A DNA stretch of 64,000 nt, taken from NCBI GenBank assembly GCA_951406725.2, contig OX597822.1:35278001-35342000 (forward strand), in the 5' to 3' direction. This document shows, piece by piece, positions 1 to 12,976 of this stretch (position 1 is the stretch's first letter; the number at the start of each line of letters is the position of its first letter). The DNA is from Octopus vulgaris. Lineage: Eukaryota. The notes under the pieces are model-generated. The model worked only from the letters and a program-made list of their open reading frames with translations. It was not told the origin of the DNA and did not search any database. The translations under genes and the position numbers were made by a program.

Positions 1-123
1 CCCACTATTATCTGTAGGGGATGGATTAATACATAAATATGTGTATGCACGCATGTTCATAATGATTACGCACGCAAAATAATGGTGAAGCACATCGCTA
101 TCTATATTTGTGTGTATGTAAGC

Positions 124-167
<44 letters not shown>

Positions 168-204
168 GCCTACATGCACACAAATATAGACAGCGATGTG
201 CAAA

Positions 205-417
205 TTTAGGGTGAATACTTGATAAGTGTAAGCACCTGTATACGCCAGATAGTGGCAGAAGTGAGAGAGAATATATCAAACAGAATCAAAAACAGAACAC
301 AAAGGATATCGCGGTACACGTGTTTCAAGCTTTATAAACGACCTGTTCTTACATCAGTGTATAATAGATATAAAAGATGGTTTAAAGCGCTCTTCAGCCG
401 CATACATTGTTATTCCA

Positions 418-420
<3 letters not shown>
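205..420 (-). mobile_element. Probable Penelope-like element 3' end (pLTR) fragment carrying a hammerhead motif
   Basis: Non-coding segment between microsatellites containing a type I hammerhead motif (311-401). PLE assignment is by analogy to known pLTR hammerheads. Confidence 0.5.
311..401 (-). ncRNA. Type I hammerhead ribozyme motif
   Basis: Minus strand reads GCGG-CUGAAGA-[long imperfect stem II, GCUUU/AAAGC, AAAC/GUUU]-GAAAC-ACGU-GUA-CCGC. Stem I is GCGG/CCGC, stem III is palindromic (ACACGUGU), cleavage triplet GUA. Base of stem II is imperfect. Confidence 0.75.
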
Positions 421-453
<33 letters not shown>

Positions 454-830
454 TGTATGTATGTATGTATGTATGTATATCTGGTGCAATCGGTTAGCAC
501 ATTCGGCTGTTAACCAAAAGTTTAGTAGTTCATATCCACCAATGGACGTTGGTTCCATTTTTAAACGGCGATGGATCGGCATGGCCGCAGCTCTGAGCTG
601 AAACTACTGAAACAAAAAAATATGTGTGTGTGTATACAAGATGGACTCTCCCGTCGAAGACGACGTATAAGCGTTCAGCTTTTGCCAAACGCCCTTCTCA
701 AATTATTTGTTTATATTGATTAAATGTTTGTACCGCATATTAGCTCACTCTCATCATCACGTCGTTGTTGCCTGAACATCGTCCTGCGCCAAGTGTCGAG
801 TTATATATGTATATACATATACATATATAA

Positions 831-984
831 CAGGGGCTTTTTTTTAGTTTCCGTCTACGAAATCTATTCACAAGGGTTTAGTCGGCCCGAGGCTATAGTA
901 GAAGAGACTTGCCCAAGGTGCCATGCAGTGGGACTGAACCCGCAACCATGTGGTTGGTAAGCAAGTTACTTACCACATAGCCAC
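831..984 (-). mobile_element. SINE family B, 5' half
   Basis: Reverse complement of the head GTGGCTGTGTGGTAAG...GGGTTCAGTCCCACTG...GGGCAAGTGTCTTCTACTATAGCC seen in many copies in the window. Confidence 0.85.
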
Positions 985-985
985 A

Positions 986-1035
<50 letters not shown>

Positions 1036-1093
1036 GCATATGCACCTATATATATATGTGTGTATGCAGATATGTGTATGTGTATACATATAG

Positions 1094-1138
<45 letters not shown>

Positions 1139-1329
1139 TCATGTGTGTGTTTGTATGTGTGTGTGTGTGTGTGTTTGTTCCTGTGTGTTCGTGTGTGTTC
1201 CGGTTATATCTCTAAATCTTATCTCATTTACTATCTTCTGCGCATGGAAACCTTTAATATGTTGTAGCTGAAAGTGAATTGTTCAATGACTTCACTATTT
1301 GAATTTATCTAACGACACCTGAGTGTTTA

Positions 1330-3040
1330 AATATCTAATATAAGCAAGGGAAAGAAATATTTTCTCGATGATATTAATCCAACAACAGGATATCTGATCT
1401 TAAGATGTAACATCTTTCTTTGCATATCAGCAAAATTTTAAACGCATATACTGATGTAAGCAAATGTCAATGCGTTGTCAAGTTTATTTTTCTCTATGAA
1501 TATATGCATACATATACATTCGTAAATACATACACACACACACAAACACGCACACACCCACACACATATATAGTTGAACGTATATGAATTATAAAATAAA
1601 TTCATGTATAGATCTCATACTATTATCTCTAACGTAGATTTATTTATTCATGTTTTTAACTGGAATTCGTGCATTCTTTATTCAAGTCACAATTCTTGTA
1701 TCTCCTAGGAAATATAGTAAATATATATGATGATATGATGGTAATATCTGATTAACATCAACCCCAAATAAAACAATATGGGATAAATATTCTCATAGAT
1801 AAAGAATATAGCTATATTACGATACCACATGCACCTCCGTACAGATATACAAGATTATTTAGTTTAAAAATGAAACGGGATGTATCTTGTTAATGAAATG
1901 GTATCATAAGGTTAATTCAGTTTTGAATTATATAATAAGATGTGAATATTTGAGTTGATTAACTCTATGCTTTTGTGATACGTCAATCAGCTACATGATG
2001 AGTTTTCTAGTCACTCGGTTACTCTAATACTGTTCGCTAGACTGTTAGGCTACCAGCTGTTTACTTTCTGTATGTGGGAGGAAATTAAGATTTGTTTTTT
2101 TTTGTTTTTGTTTTTTGAAGTGCTTCACTCAGTATATCTTTATTGGGTACAAAATCGCTTCGAAACTACGTGTTTTGGAGTTCAGCCCTATCTTCGTTTA
2201 CACTCTGCGCCGACCAATATTTTGAGTGTGAATTTGTTAGACGAAATTGTGTACAAAACCCGTTATACATACATCTCTCTATATGTGTGTGTGTGAACGT
2301 TCTTTGTATTTGTCCGTCACCACCACATGAGAAACACGTTAGTTTGTTTACGTCTGTTACTTACAGGTTCGGTCAAAGGGATTGATAGACTTAGGAGTAG
2401 GTTTAAGAAACAAAATGTACTGAAGTTGATTTGTTCGACCAAACTCTTCAAAGGAGTGCCTCAGTATGGCCGCAGTGGGAAACGTAAAAGAATACATACT
2501 TTATTCAATCTCAATCGATGCCTTTGGCTTATTTAAGCTTTTTATATCCAAGTCGTGAAAAATTGCGCATGACACTTGAGAGAGCAACTGCAACTCGTGG
2601 AAGAGGAGGGAGAAGATATTGTCAAAGTGCAGACCAGACAGGTGCGAAATTTTACAACTCAAATATTCACATCTTATTATATAATTTAAAACTGAATTAA
2701 CCTTATGATACCATTTCATTAACAAGATATATCTCGTTTCATTTTTAAACTAAATAATCTTGTATATCTGTACGGAGGTGCATGTGGTATCGTAATATAG
2801 CTATATTCTTTATCTATGAGAATATTTATCCCATATTGTTTTATTTGTGGTTGATGTTAATCAGATATTACCATCATATCATCATATATATTTACTATAT
2901 TTCCTAGGAGATACAAGAATTGTGACTTGAATAAAGAATGCACGAATTCCAGTTAAAAAACATGAATAAATAAATCTACGTTAGAGATAATAGTATGAGA
3001 TCTATTCATCAATTTATTTTATAATTCATATACGTTCAAC

Positions 3041-3077
<37 letters not shown>

Positions 3078-3273
3078 TTACGAATGTATATGTATGCATA
3101 TATTCATAGAGAAAAATAAAGTTGACAACGCATTGACATTTGCTTACATCAGTATATGCGTTTAAAATTTTGCTGATATGCAAAGAAAGATGTTACATCT
3201 TAAGATCAGATATCCTGTTGTTGGATTAATATCATCGAGAAAATATTTCTTTCCCTTGCTTATATTAGATATT
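1330..3273. repeat. Long inverted repeat: arms 1330-1957 and 2655-3273, spacer about 697 bp
   Basis: Arms are reverse complements along their whole length, with roughly a dozen substitutions/indels and a (CA)n length difference. Confidence 0.97.
2290..2500 (+). mobile_element. Degenerate SINE family B, 3' half
   Basis: Similar to the family B tail (…GATTTGTTCGACCAAA…GTGCCTCAGTATGGCCGCAG…GTAAAAGAATA). Confidence 0.6.
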
Positions 3274-3356
3274 ACAACAGAAGAATTGATTACGAAGAAT
3301 GAATGCTTTTTTATAAAATGAATAATTGTTGGAATTGTTGGACAATTTGTGATTTC

Positions 3357-3765
3357 ACTCTTTTACTTGTTACAGTCATTTGACCCAGTGGCCATGCTGG
3401 AGCACCACCTTTTCGTCGAGCAAATCGTCCCCAGGACTTATTCGTTGTAAGCCTAGTACTTATTCTATCAGTCTTTTTTGCCGAACCGCTATCTTACGGG
3501 GACGTATACACACCAGCATCGGTTGTCAAGCGATGTTAGGGGAGGGGCACAGACACACAAACATATACACACACATATATACATATATATATACATATAT
3601 TCGAAGGGTTTCTTTCAGTTTCCGTCTACCAAATCCTCTCACAAGGCTTTGGTCAGCCCGAGGCTATAGTAGAAGACACTTGCCCAACGTGCCACGCAGT
3701 GGGACTGAAGCCAGAGCCATGTGGTTCGTAAGCAGGCTACTTACCACACAGCTACTCCTACGCCT
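3357..3765 (-). mobile_element. SINE family B, full length, with internal microsatellite
   Basis: tRNA-like head with A/B-box-like motifs, internal (TA/CA)n tract, and tail ending in AAGTAAAAAGAGT. Matches copies at 43565 and 52860. Confidence 0.9.
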
Positions 3766-3814
3766 ATATAAAACAAAGTTACATTAATCCCGCTCCATTT
3801 CCCACCAGTAATAA

Positions 3815-4010
3815 TCGTTTCTTCTATTGACACAAGACCTAAAATTTTGGGGAAGGGTGGCCTGTCGACCACATTGAGTACAGTACTCAATTGGTACTTA
3901 TTTTATTGAGTCCGAAAGAAAGGCAAAGTCAAACGTGACAAATTTTGGCTGCAGGGCGTGAACACGGACGAAATACCGCAAAACATTTTGTCTGCAGTGC
4001 TAACGATCAG
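3815..4010 (-). mobile_element. Degenerate SINE family A (alternative tail)
   Basis: Reverse complement of GACTTTGCCTTTC…AATAAGTACCA…AAAATTTTAGGTCTTGTG. Confidence 0.6.
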
Positions 4011-5215
4011 TTGAAGGCTGATAAATAAATCATCTATAACAAATTATGTGATTAACTTCGATATTTTAGCAAGAAGTTAAAAAAATCTATATATTATGTC
4101 AAAGAATACAGTAACTAAAGTGTAACAGTAAATCAATTTCCCTCTCTGTCTTTCTCTCGTCCTTTCTGTATATATATGTATGTGTGTGTTTGTTTGTATG
4201 CATATATATATATATATATATATAGATAGATAGATAGATAGATATATATGAATGCATATAATTATATATGTATATATATTAGATATATTAGGTGTATATA
4301 GATGAATATACCCCTATGTTTATATATACATATGTATGTCTATATAAATAAATGTGTGTATATATATATATATACACACATGCGTATACGTACATATAAA
4401 TACATTCATATACATACATACATACCCGTTTCCCACCTTTCTCTCTGTTTCATTCTCTCCTTTCTCTCCTTTAATATCTTTCGTTCTCTTTTATCCTCGT
4501 AAAACGCTGTCTGCTAATTTAGAATAATATGACTCGACATTAGGTACGGATTTATACTTTGAGGATAATACAAAAGTATGTATCTCAAACTCGTTTAACA
4601 TTTCAAATGAATCTTCATCTCTTGGAGAGCGAAGAAAAAATATCAAAACTGAAAACAAAAACAAAAAAGGTAAACTAGTCAGTATAGCGTCTAGGTTATT
4701 CTTTACAGAACCAAGAACTTTTACCGAGTTGTCTGAAACTTTGGCGATTTATAGTTTTATAAACATTTGCTACTGTAAGCAATTTCTTCTGCTGAATTTA
4801 CTTTCATCACGTTAGTCAGTTCCTGTTAAACAAAATACATTCCTTTTGCAAATATAGCTCATATCTTTCCTAACATTACAAGGATATTATAAAAAAAAGT
4901 TTTTAAAGAATAATAAGGTAATTATTAGAAATAATTTAACTTTTATGGCACAGAAACGGAAGCTTCGTTAAACGTCTAAAAACAAACATCTGCTTACGCT
5001 CGTACTAGATATTGTCAGATGGAGTAAAAACTCCAGCTGAGCAGAAAAAAAAAACTGATCCTTGGTTTCAATCCTTTGATACAGAAATTTCGCTTTTTCT
5101 CTTTATTTTTATGTTACTAAACCGCCATCCTTCTTCTCTGAATAAATAATGACGTGGTTGCATAACTAGTATCTCAACTACATATTCATGGTTGCGAGCT
5201 GCATGCATACAGGTA

Positions 5216-5251
<36 letters not shown>

Positions 5252-5426
5252 CATACATACATATACACATGTATATATATATGCATGTATATATATATTT
5301 ATGTACGTATGTATACATTTATTTATATATATATGAATGTATGTATATGTTGTCTATATTACATGTTTTATACATCTATATACATACACATACACACATA
5401 CACACACAAATATATATATATAAATG

Positions 5427-5466
<40 letters not shown>

Positions 5467-5784
5467 CATATACATGTATTTATATTTATTATATATTACA
5501 TATATGCACTATGTTCATATACACAGTCCACGTGATTTTTTGCCTGGTTCTCCTTTTATTTCTTTATTTCCCACCCTCCATTCTGTTTCCCGTCCCTGCT
5601 GGAATTTCCTCTAGCATCCAAAGAATAGCTATGCTCGAAGCATTGCACTCTGTAACTTTTACTCTGTAGCTATTATTTTATCTTGTATATTATTATCTCC
5701 TTATTTGTGTTTGCTAGGTACAACACACACACACACACACACACATATATAATCACTTTCATATACAATGTAGACGTGAATTCT

Positions 5785-6150
5785 TATTACGTCCGCCTAA
5801 CAAAGGAAGGGGTATTGTTTCAGTTGCGTTTGCTTGTTTGACCGAGGACAATATATCCCAAGAACCCCTGGATAGATTCGGATGAATCTTTCAGGGATGT
5901 TTGGCCTCATGATTGGCACGAACAGTTTAAATTTTGGGATCGATCCGGTATCAGACAAGGATTCTGGATTATTTTCCGTTTATTTATTTAATTTTTGAGA
6001 CCGGTCGTGTTCATTTTTAGTATTCTCGTTTGTGAGAGCAGTCGAGTTGATTTCAGATATTCTCATTTTAAAACTTATCACTGGCTAATCGTTGAGAAAG
6101 CGTTGATGTTGCCTTGGCGGGGGTTTGCACCTCTCTAATGCTCTTGTTCT
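5785..6150 (+). mobile_element. Helentron/HINE-like non-autonomous element
   Basis: Starts TTATTACGTCCGCCTAAC…, has short GTTTG-type repeats, and ends with a subterminal inverted copy (…TTGGCGGGGGT) and GCTCTTGTT. Same layout as 51353-51735. Confidence 0.55.
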
Positions 6151-6642
6151 TATTACTTTTGCTACACCACTCATATGCACAACATAAATATCAGAAAATT
6201 CATTTGTAGTAAAATCAAGACTTGATAAATAAAATAGTCACAAGTGCTCAAACAAATAAATACCTACAGCTGCTCAGCATGTGAAGACAATAACTTAGGT
6301 TCAAAACTGAAATTAGTACTAGGATCATTATGATAGGTAAAGCATCCACGGTCTTTATTCCCAGTTAGTTGCAGTCTGTAAAAGCAGTAAGATATTAAAA
6401 TGTGGGAGTATGTATATGTGTGACTGTGTGCATGTCTGTTCATCTGTAGGCATGTGTGTATAGTTTTTATCGATCTATACCGACGAGAAAACGATTTAAA
6501 CGAAGGTTTCGAAATTCTTCCGTAACGAAACTAATTACAGCAAGCGAAAATCCTAAGCAGGTGACACTGTATTTTGAAATATGTGTATCGTTGAATAAAT
6601 CAACATCAATTCTCAAGGGATTGTGGGGAACAAAAAACAATG

Positions 6643-6698
<56 letters not shown>

Positions 6699-6889
6699 GT
6701 TATCCTGCTAAACTGTCGTATATTCAAATTTGGCTAAATGCGTCTTTTTTCAATAATTATTTTTACTTACAATAGCAGGTTCATTTGGTCTAACTATTTT
6801 ATCTTACAGCTGTTTCAAAAATTGTCAAACTGTAATATAATGGTTTTGCTATGGAATGGTGAAACTATTCTACCAAATCTCCTTAGATC

Positions 6890-7002
6890 GACTCGAGGCA
6901 ATAATGGAAGACACACGTCCAAAGTGCCACACGCAGTGGGGCTGAACCCGGAACCATGAGGCTGGGAGGCAAGCTTCTTACCTCACAGCCACACCTGTGC
7001 CT
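6890..7002 (-). mobile_element. SINE family B head fragment
   Basis: Matches family B head. Confidence 0.75.
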
Positions 7003-7107
7003 ATATTTACTATTATACCAAACTCGATTCTTTATTTATAGATGTCATATATGATCCACAGGAATTAAGTATGTTAACCCAATTGAAGGGAATATCCATT
7101 TGCCTCT

Positions 7108-7230
7108 CATCCTTCGATTAAATAAGTACCAGTTACACACTGGGGTCGAGGCAATCGACTTCATTCCTTTGTCTGTCCTTGTTTGCCCCCTCTATGTTTA
7201 ACCCCCTGTGGTGAGCAATAAAGAAATAAA
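7108..7230 (+). mobile_element. SINE family A, 3' half
   Basis: CATCCTTCGATTAAATAAGTACCAGTTACACACTGGGGTCGA…AATAAAGAAATAA. Confidence 0.8.
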
Positions 7231-8446
7231 TATAAATCTTGGTTTTGAATTGTGACAGTTCAGGCATTAATTATGCATTACCTCAACTCTGCCCAGTTGG
7301 AGCAACTGTGGTTATTATAGAGCTTCACTTAAAGCATAAACTCGACAAAGGAAGAAATATATATGCACCAAGAATAGTACATTTGTAACAGTACGCGACT
7401 TCGCCTTGGCGCTGAAAACTTAGAAATAATATGATTGCATTCCTGTCATTCATGAATTATGATTTGAAGCGAAGTTAGTATTCTAATTTCTGTTTTTTAA
7501 ATATAGTCTCAGAGCTTTCTTCACTTAAATATGGCCTGGTGGAACATCATATTGATTTTCATGGTAGAGCACTCATGAACTAAACACTTTTATCAATGTT
7601 CAGTTTAGTGTCTGTTGCTAATTGATTTTAAGTGCTACAAGTTTTATAGTTACTGTTTTAGGATTTTGAGCTCTATGAATATGTAAAAGGTTTGTAAATG
7701 TTTCCGTTAGAAAAGCTCCTTTGGCCTAACTAAATATAAATCGTTGTTAATGTGTGTGAGATTATGTGTGTGTGTGTGTGTTCGTGAGGGCGCGTGTGTA
7801 TAGGTGTGTGTGTATGGGTGTGCGTGTGTGTAAGGTTTGAAAAACATTCTACATGGTGAGTTGTAGGAAAAATATGGCAAGAAGGAAAAGGCAGAAAAAT
7901 TTTATGCTCGAATATATATACATGTCCTTTAATTTGGAGTTTTCCAAAAAAGAATTCTAATATTGATTCTTCATATTTTGCCGGTAGTTTACAGGCGTAA
8001 ATTTGGGAATATGCAAATAATACTTGTATATGATGTGTTGCGAATTTATGGAAAGAAGTTCCATAAAACTCAACAGTTTAGATAAAAATGGAAAAAAGAA
8101 GTTGTTAAAATATGTAAGAGAATTTTAATTCAATCAGGCGATCGTTTCCTACAGAGATATAAAAATAATGCAAATTCATGATTGAATTGAATAAAATTGA
8201 ATTAATTAAATTAATTAATTATTTTTCAATGTACTCTTCACTGCAAGAAATATACGCAAAATTTTTACAAAAGACTTGAGAAAGGAAATAACAGAATAGG
8301 ATCTAGGAGATTCGTATTAATCCTTATGGGAAAAAGAGATGTGAGTCCAGTTAGGTATTAGCTATAGCGGTTATTTGAAAATATAAGTCAAAGAGGCTTG
8401 AGAGACGCTCCCTCTATAGAAGGGTAAGGAGATTAGAAATTTTCAC

Positions 8447-8489
<43 letters not shown>

Positions 8490-8490
<1 letters not shown>

Positions 8491-8627
8491 TACTTTTTAA
8501 GCCTGATATTTATTCTATTCATTCCCTTTTGCCCAACCGCGAAGTTACGGAGACATAAACACACCAACACTGGTTGTCAAGCGGTGGCAGGGGACAAACA
8601 CACACACACACACACATACATACACAA

Positions 8628-8665
<38 letters not shown>

Positions 8666-8866
8666 GACGAGAATCTTTCAGTTTCCGTCTTGCAAATGCA
8701 CTCGTAATGCTTTGGTTGGCCCGGCTTTGGTCAAAGGTGCCACGCAGTTGGACTAAATCCAATACTATGTGGTTAGGAAGCAAGCTTCTTACCACGCAGC
8801 CACGCCTGCGCCTATATACATATTCTTTTACTCTTTTACTTGTTTCAGTCATTTGACTGTAGCCAT
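8490..8866 (-). mobile_element. SINE family B (8490-8813) plus adjacent tail fragment (8822-8866)
   Basis: Similarity to full-length family B copies. Confidence 0.8.
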
Positions 8867-10828
8867 GATATATATAAATATATGTGCATGCGTGTATGTA
8901 TATGTATGTGCGTGTGAGAGAGAGTGTTTGTGTGTGTGTTTGTGTATGAAATAAAATATTTACATAGCCGACCGGTTTTGTTAATACTAATCAGGACAAA
9001 TCAGTGACTGATAATGTTATAAGTTTATGCTAACATAATGAGTTTTCATTCTAGTCTCTTACATCGAATGAAAACTTATTATGGTAGCATTAAATTATCA
9101 CATTACCACCAACTATTTGGTCATGATTAGCATAGGCGAAACCAGTCAACTATGTAAATATATTATCCTGAATATATAAACATTTTTCCAACATAAAGTT
9201 TCTGCGTTTAATGATACGGTTTTGTGTTCATATCCCAACTGAAACAATTTTACTTATTTACTGGATTAAAGAAGCAAGATTTGAAATAGTGTCGACTCAG
9301 TTAACGATAATTCTCCCTATATATTTATTTACTTGTTTTTTGTTCCAAGCAGTGAAGAAAATAATGAAAGATAAAAGTGAGACATTGTTGAAAGTATAGT
9401 ACAGCCAACTGGATGCCTATCTATTTGCGAGAAGAAGCACACACAAATTCTCGAATCCTCACTCTTGATGCAGCAGAAGGTCCGAGATATATCAGCAGAG
9501 GCGAGAGAATTCTTTTCCAAAATCTTAGTTGGTCTTCATTTACAGTTGATTATATTGGAACAATATGCGATGCCATCACGCTGAAGGACACCCTGCACGA
9601 CACGCTCCAGGAATAAGCCTTATGAGCTTACTTACATTCAAGAAGCGAATATCCTGATCATTTGACCAAGCATCTTCTCAGAAATGTGACAAACTACAAT
9701 AGAATCCTACTGCTGGAGATGGTAAGCAACTATCTCACAAATCTCAGTGATCGAAGAACACATTGGATAATGCTATCTTAGATTTGTTGTGCTCGAAAAT
9801 TAGATGAATGGTTATGGTGAGGACGTCTTCGACTATAGTTCTGCTTGGTTAGGGGCGACCTGAGAACAAACAACAATTGCTTGCTTTGCATATATTTTAA
9901 GTGATTTATATTTATTTCAATCCTCAGTGGTTTTCACACTGCTTTTTGGTGATCAATACATTTATTAACAGACAATTGATCGATTAACATTATTATTTGT
10001 TATCAAAAAACGAACTAGAATCCCGTTGTATCAAAAATTTATAATTGATATAGTAATTAAAAGCTACAGAGTTAACATTGTTGACAGGCCTGTCTATGTC
10101 CCAAGCATGAAGCTATAAAGTATTAAAACGACATGTTTTTAAAACATCAATTAGTTTTTGATGTTGTCGTAAATTCTTTTTCACAGAAAATTAATGCTCA
10201 CATTCGCCAGGAATAATACAAGCAAGACATAAAATATGTGCTGTCAAAATTTTATGCGAAACGTGATGTATCTTTTAATTTTATGTTGCAGTGTAACGTG
10301 GAAGCAAATAATTTAGTATCGCTAAACAGGAAGTTATATTCTATAGCGACAAGGGAAATATTTACTATAGATGTTGAAATTAAAAGAATGGGTATTTAAT
10401 AACTGAAAGCTCAGCAAGGTTTAAAACATGTTTCACTTTAATGTTGCCAATAATATTATAGTCTTGGTAGTTGTTTGCACAATGGGCGGATCGGAAAAGC
10501 GTTGGGAAAAAAGATGTTATGGTATTTAGTTAAACTCCCTTTAGCATCTGATTTCAAATCTTCTGCCGGTTCACATTGTCCTAAATAAAATAAATACCAG
10601 TTAGTAAGATTTATCACTGGAATCAGTGTAATCGTCTAACCCCTACACAAATGTGTTCCTGTATAACTACAGTTGGCTAACTGAAGCTAATATAAAAAAA
10701 AGTATAATGAAATATTCTCTATGAGGTTGTTAAAACTCAAGGATATGCAAGCAATTTTGCATACATTTTGCACCCAGTCCTTGTTTCCTTTTAAAATGAT
10801 TACATTGATATTCATATTTAATTTTCAG

Positions 10829-10903
10829 GTTCTACCACCACGAAACTGTAAACAGCTGTACTGATTTTGTACTGAAAAAGGAGGGGGCTTGTGAAATGTT
10901 GTG
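10829..10903 (+). CDS. Candidate 75-nt internal exon (xFYHHETVNSCTDFVLKKEGACEMLW), protein unidentified
   Basis: Preceded by TTCATATTTAATTTTCAG and followed by GTAACT. Open frame, length divisible by 3 (phase 2-2), non-repetitive. No homology recognised. Confidence 0.3.
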
Positions 10904-12063
10904 GTAACTATGTGTCCCCTCCTTCATCAAGACAGTTCTTTACTGAATTGGCCAACCTCCAGACCGTCATTTTAGCTCTATTTCAGCCCTAACAAAAATT
11001 CTAATCAATCAGACCGCTAATCAAAAACATTCCATTCGTGACCATTCATTTTTAATTCTGATTTAGTACTTCTAGGACTATAATATCTCATATTTTTAAG
11101 ACCGTACATGCTATATGAGGGTGATTTAACAGTTATGCCTAGCAGCCATGTGACTAATGTTATGTCGACAGCAATTCACTGCTGTACAAGGCAGTTAATC
11201 GGCAGAATCGTTAGTGCGCCGGATGGAAAGCCTTCTGGTGTTCGTTCCAAGCCTCTTTGTCGAGTTCAAAGGTTGCCATTCATAGTCGAGTAGCCCAGAA
11301 CATTCTTCTCTCTCTCTCTCTCTCTCAAGCACACACACACTCACTCTTTCTCTCTCTCAAACACACACATACACTCACTCTCTCTCTCTCTCTCTCTCTC
11401 TCACAGCTGCATTTTCTCTCTGTATTGTATCTGTTATTCAGAGTGAGTTTTGTAAATTCGAATTCCTTTCATATGGCCCGAGAATTGTATTGTTAACATA
11501 AGTCTACAGAATATTAAACCTCATACAAATTGACGTCACACAACGAAGAAGCCACCATCACTATTATAGACAGCGACAACACTAAAAATGACGAGTGTTT
11601 CGTAATATTAGCAAGAACAAGCTTCCTGCGTTACACCAATGCCTTGGTCTCATATCTGTTTAACGTAACAGAAACTGAAGATAAGACACTGGTTCTTATG
11701 CTTTGTGCAAAGATAAGCGACGTATTTCCTGCTTCTTCACCCACACCTATTCTCAGAACTCACCTTACTTCCGCGCGTCACATTCAGACAGACAGGCGTG
11801 TGAAGGACCGGTCTACAGAATTCTTTAAAATTTTCCGGTTCAGAATCGGTTCATTCTGAGAATCGCTTGTCTTTTCAGAACGTTAATAAGTAGATTATTG
11901 CATAGGCCTTTCCAACACCACGACCGCCTTGTGAAGGAATTTCCTACACAAAAACTGTGTGGAAGCCCGTCCTCTGTGTGTGTGTGTGTGTGAATGTGAG
12001 TCTGTATGAGTCTGTCTCTGTGTGTATATATATTTATATATATATATAGATAGATAGATATAA

Positions 12064-12434
12064 AGACGCAGGAGTGTATGTGTGGTAAGAAGCTTTCTTC
12101 TCACCCACATAGTTCTGGGTTCAGTCCCACTGCGTGGCACCTTGGGCAAGTGTCTTCTACTATAGTCTCGGGCCGACCAAAACCTTGTGAGTGGATTTGG
12201 TAAACGAAAATTGAAAGAAGCCCGCCGTACATTTATGTATGTATATATCCATGTGTGTGTGTGTGTTTGTCCCTAACCGGTGTTGGTGTGTTTACGTCTC
12301 CATAACTTAGCTGTTCGGCAAAAGAGGCCGATAGGATTAGTACTAGGCTTCAGAAAATAAGTTTTAGAGTCGATTTGCTCGACTAAATCCCTTTAAGCGG
12401 TGCTCCATCATGACCAAAGTCAAATGACTGAAAC
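12064..12434 (+). mobile_element. SINE family B, full length
   Basis: Head through tail matches the other copies. Confidence 0.9.
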
Positions 12435-12976
12435 GTACATGTGTGTGTGCGTGTGTACAAGGAGTTTAATGAAAGGCACAAAAAGCTGTATAGGGGAAAA
12501 AAAACAAGGATTGCACTACAGTTACTATACAACTTTCAGAAAATTAATATATAATATTGCAAATCAAAATGTTAATTAAAATATAATTCGATAAAATGTA
12601 TTGAGAATACGCAAGTAAATTTATCAAATTTAGATTTTGCGATTACCTTATTATGTGGCGGAAATAAAATCGGTGCGTGCAAATTGATTTTTATTGAGTA
12701 AAACAAGACTAATTCCGATCCGAATCCGTATGAATAATTATCATTTCTATATTTAGTGAAGTTTATTTGGTAACAGAAAGTGGCAGTCCTATACAAGAAC
12801 GATGTTAACTGTTGTATAGCCCAAGGAAAAATATTTTCCAGTTGGCTGTGTGTTCTTGTATAGGACTGCCACATTTTGTTGGCAAATAAACTTTACTTGG
12901 CGGTACTGTTACTGCATATCTCTCGCTCAGCGATTTAAAGCGAGATTTTTTTTCTATGAATTAATATCCATGCAAC

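Noticed and set aside
2553-2641. Exon within the loop of the long inverted repeat (ends CAG|GTGCGA)
   Set aside because: The acceptor is weak, the more protein-like frame has an upstream stop, and no homology is recognised.
1330-3273. Foldback transposon with long TIRs
   Set aside because: No flanking target-site duplication. The direct repeat brackets only the right arm, favouring a local templated insertion.
11758-11880. Minus-strand first exon with perfect donor AAG|GTGAGT
   Set aside because: One such 9-mer could easily occur by chance in 64 kb on two strands, and there is no other support.
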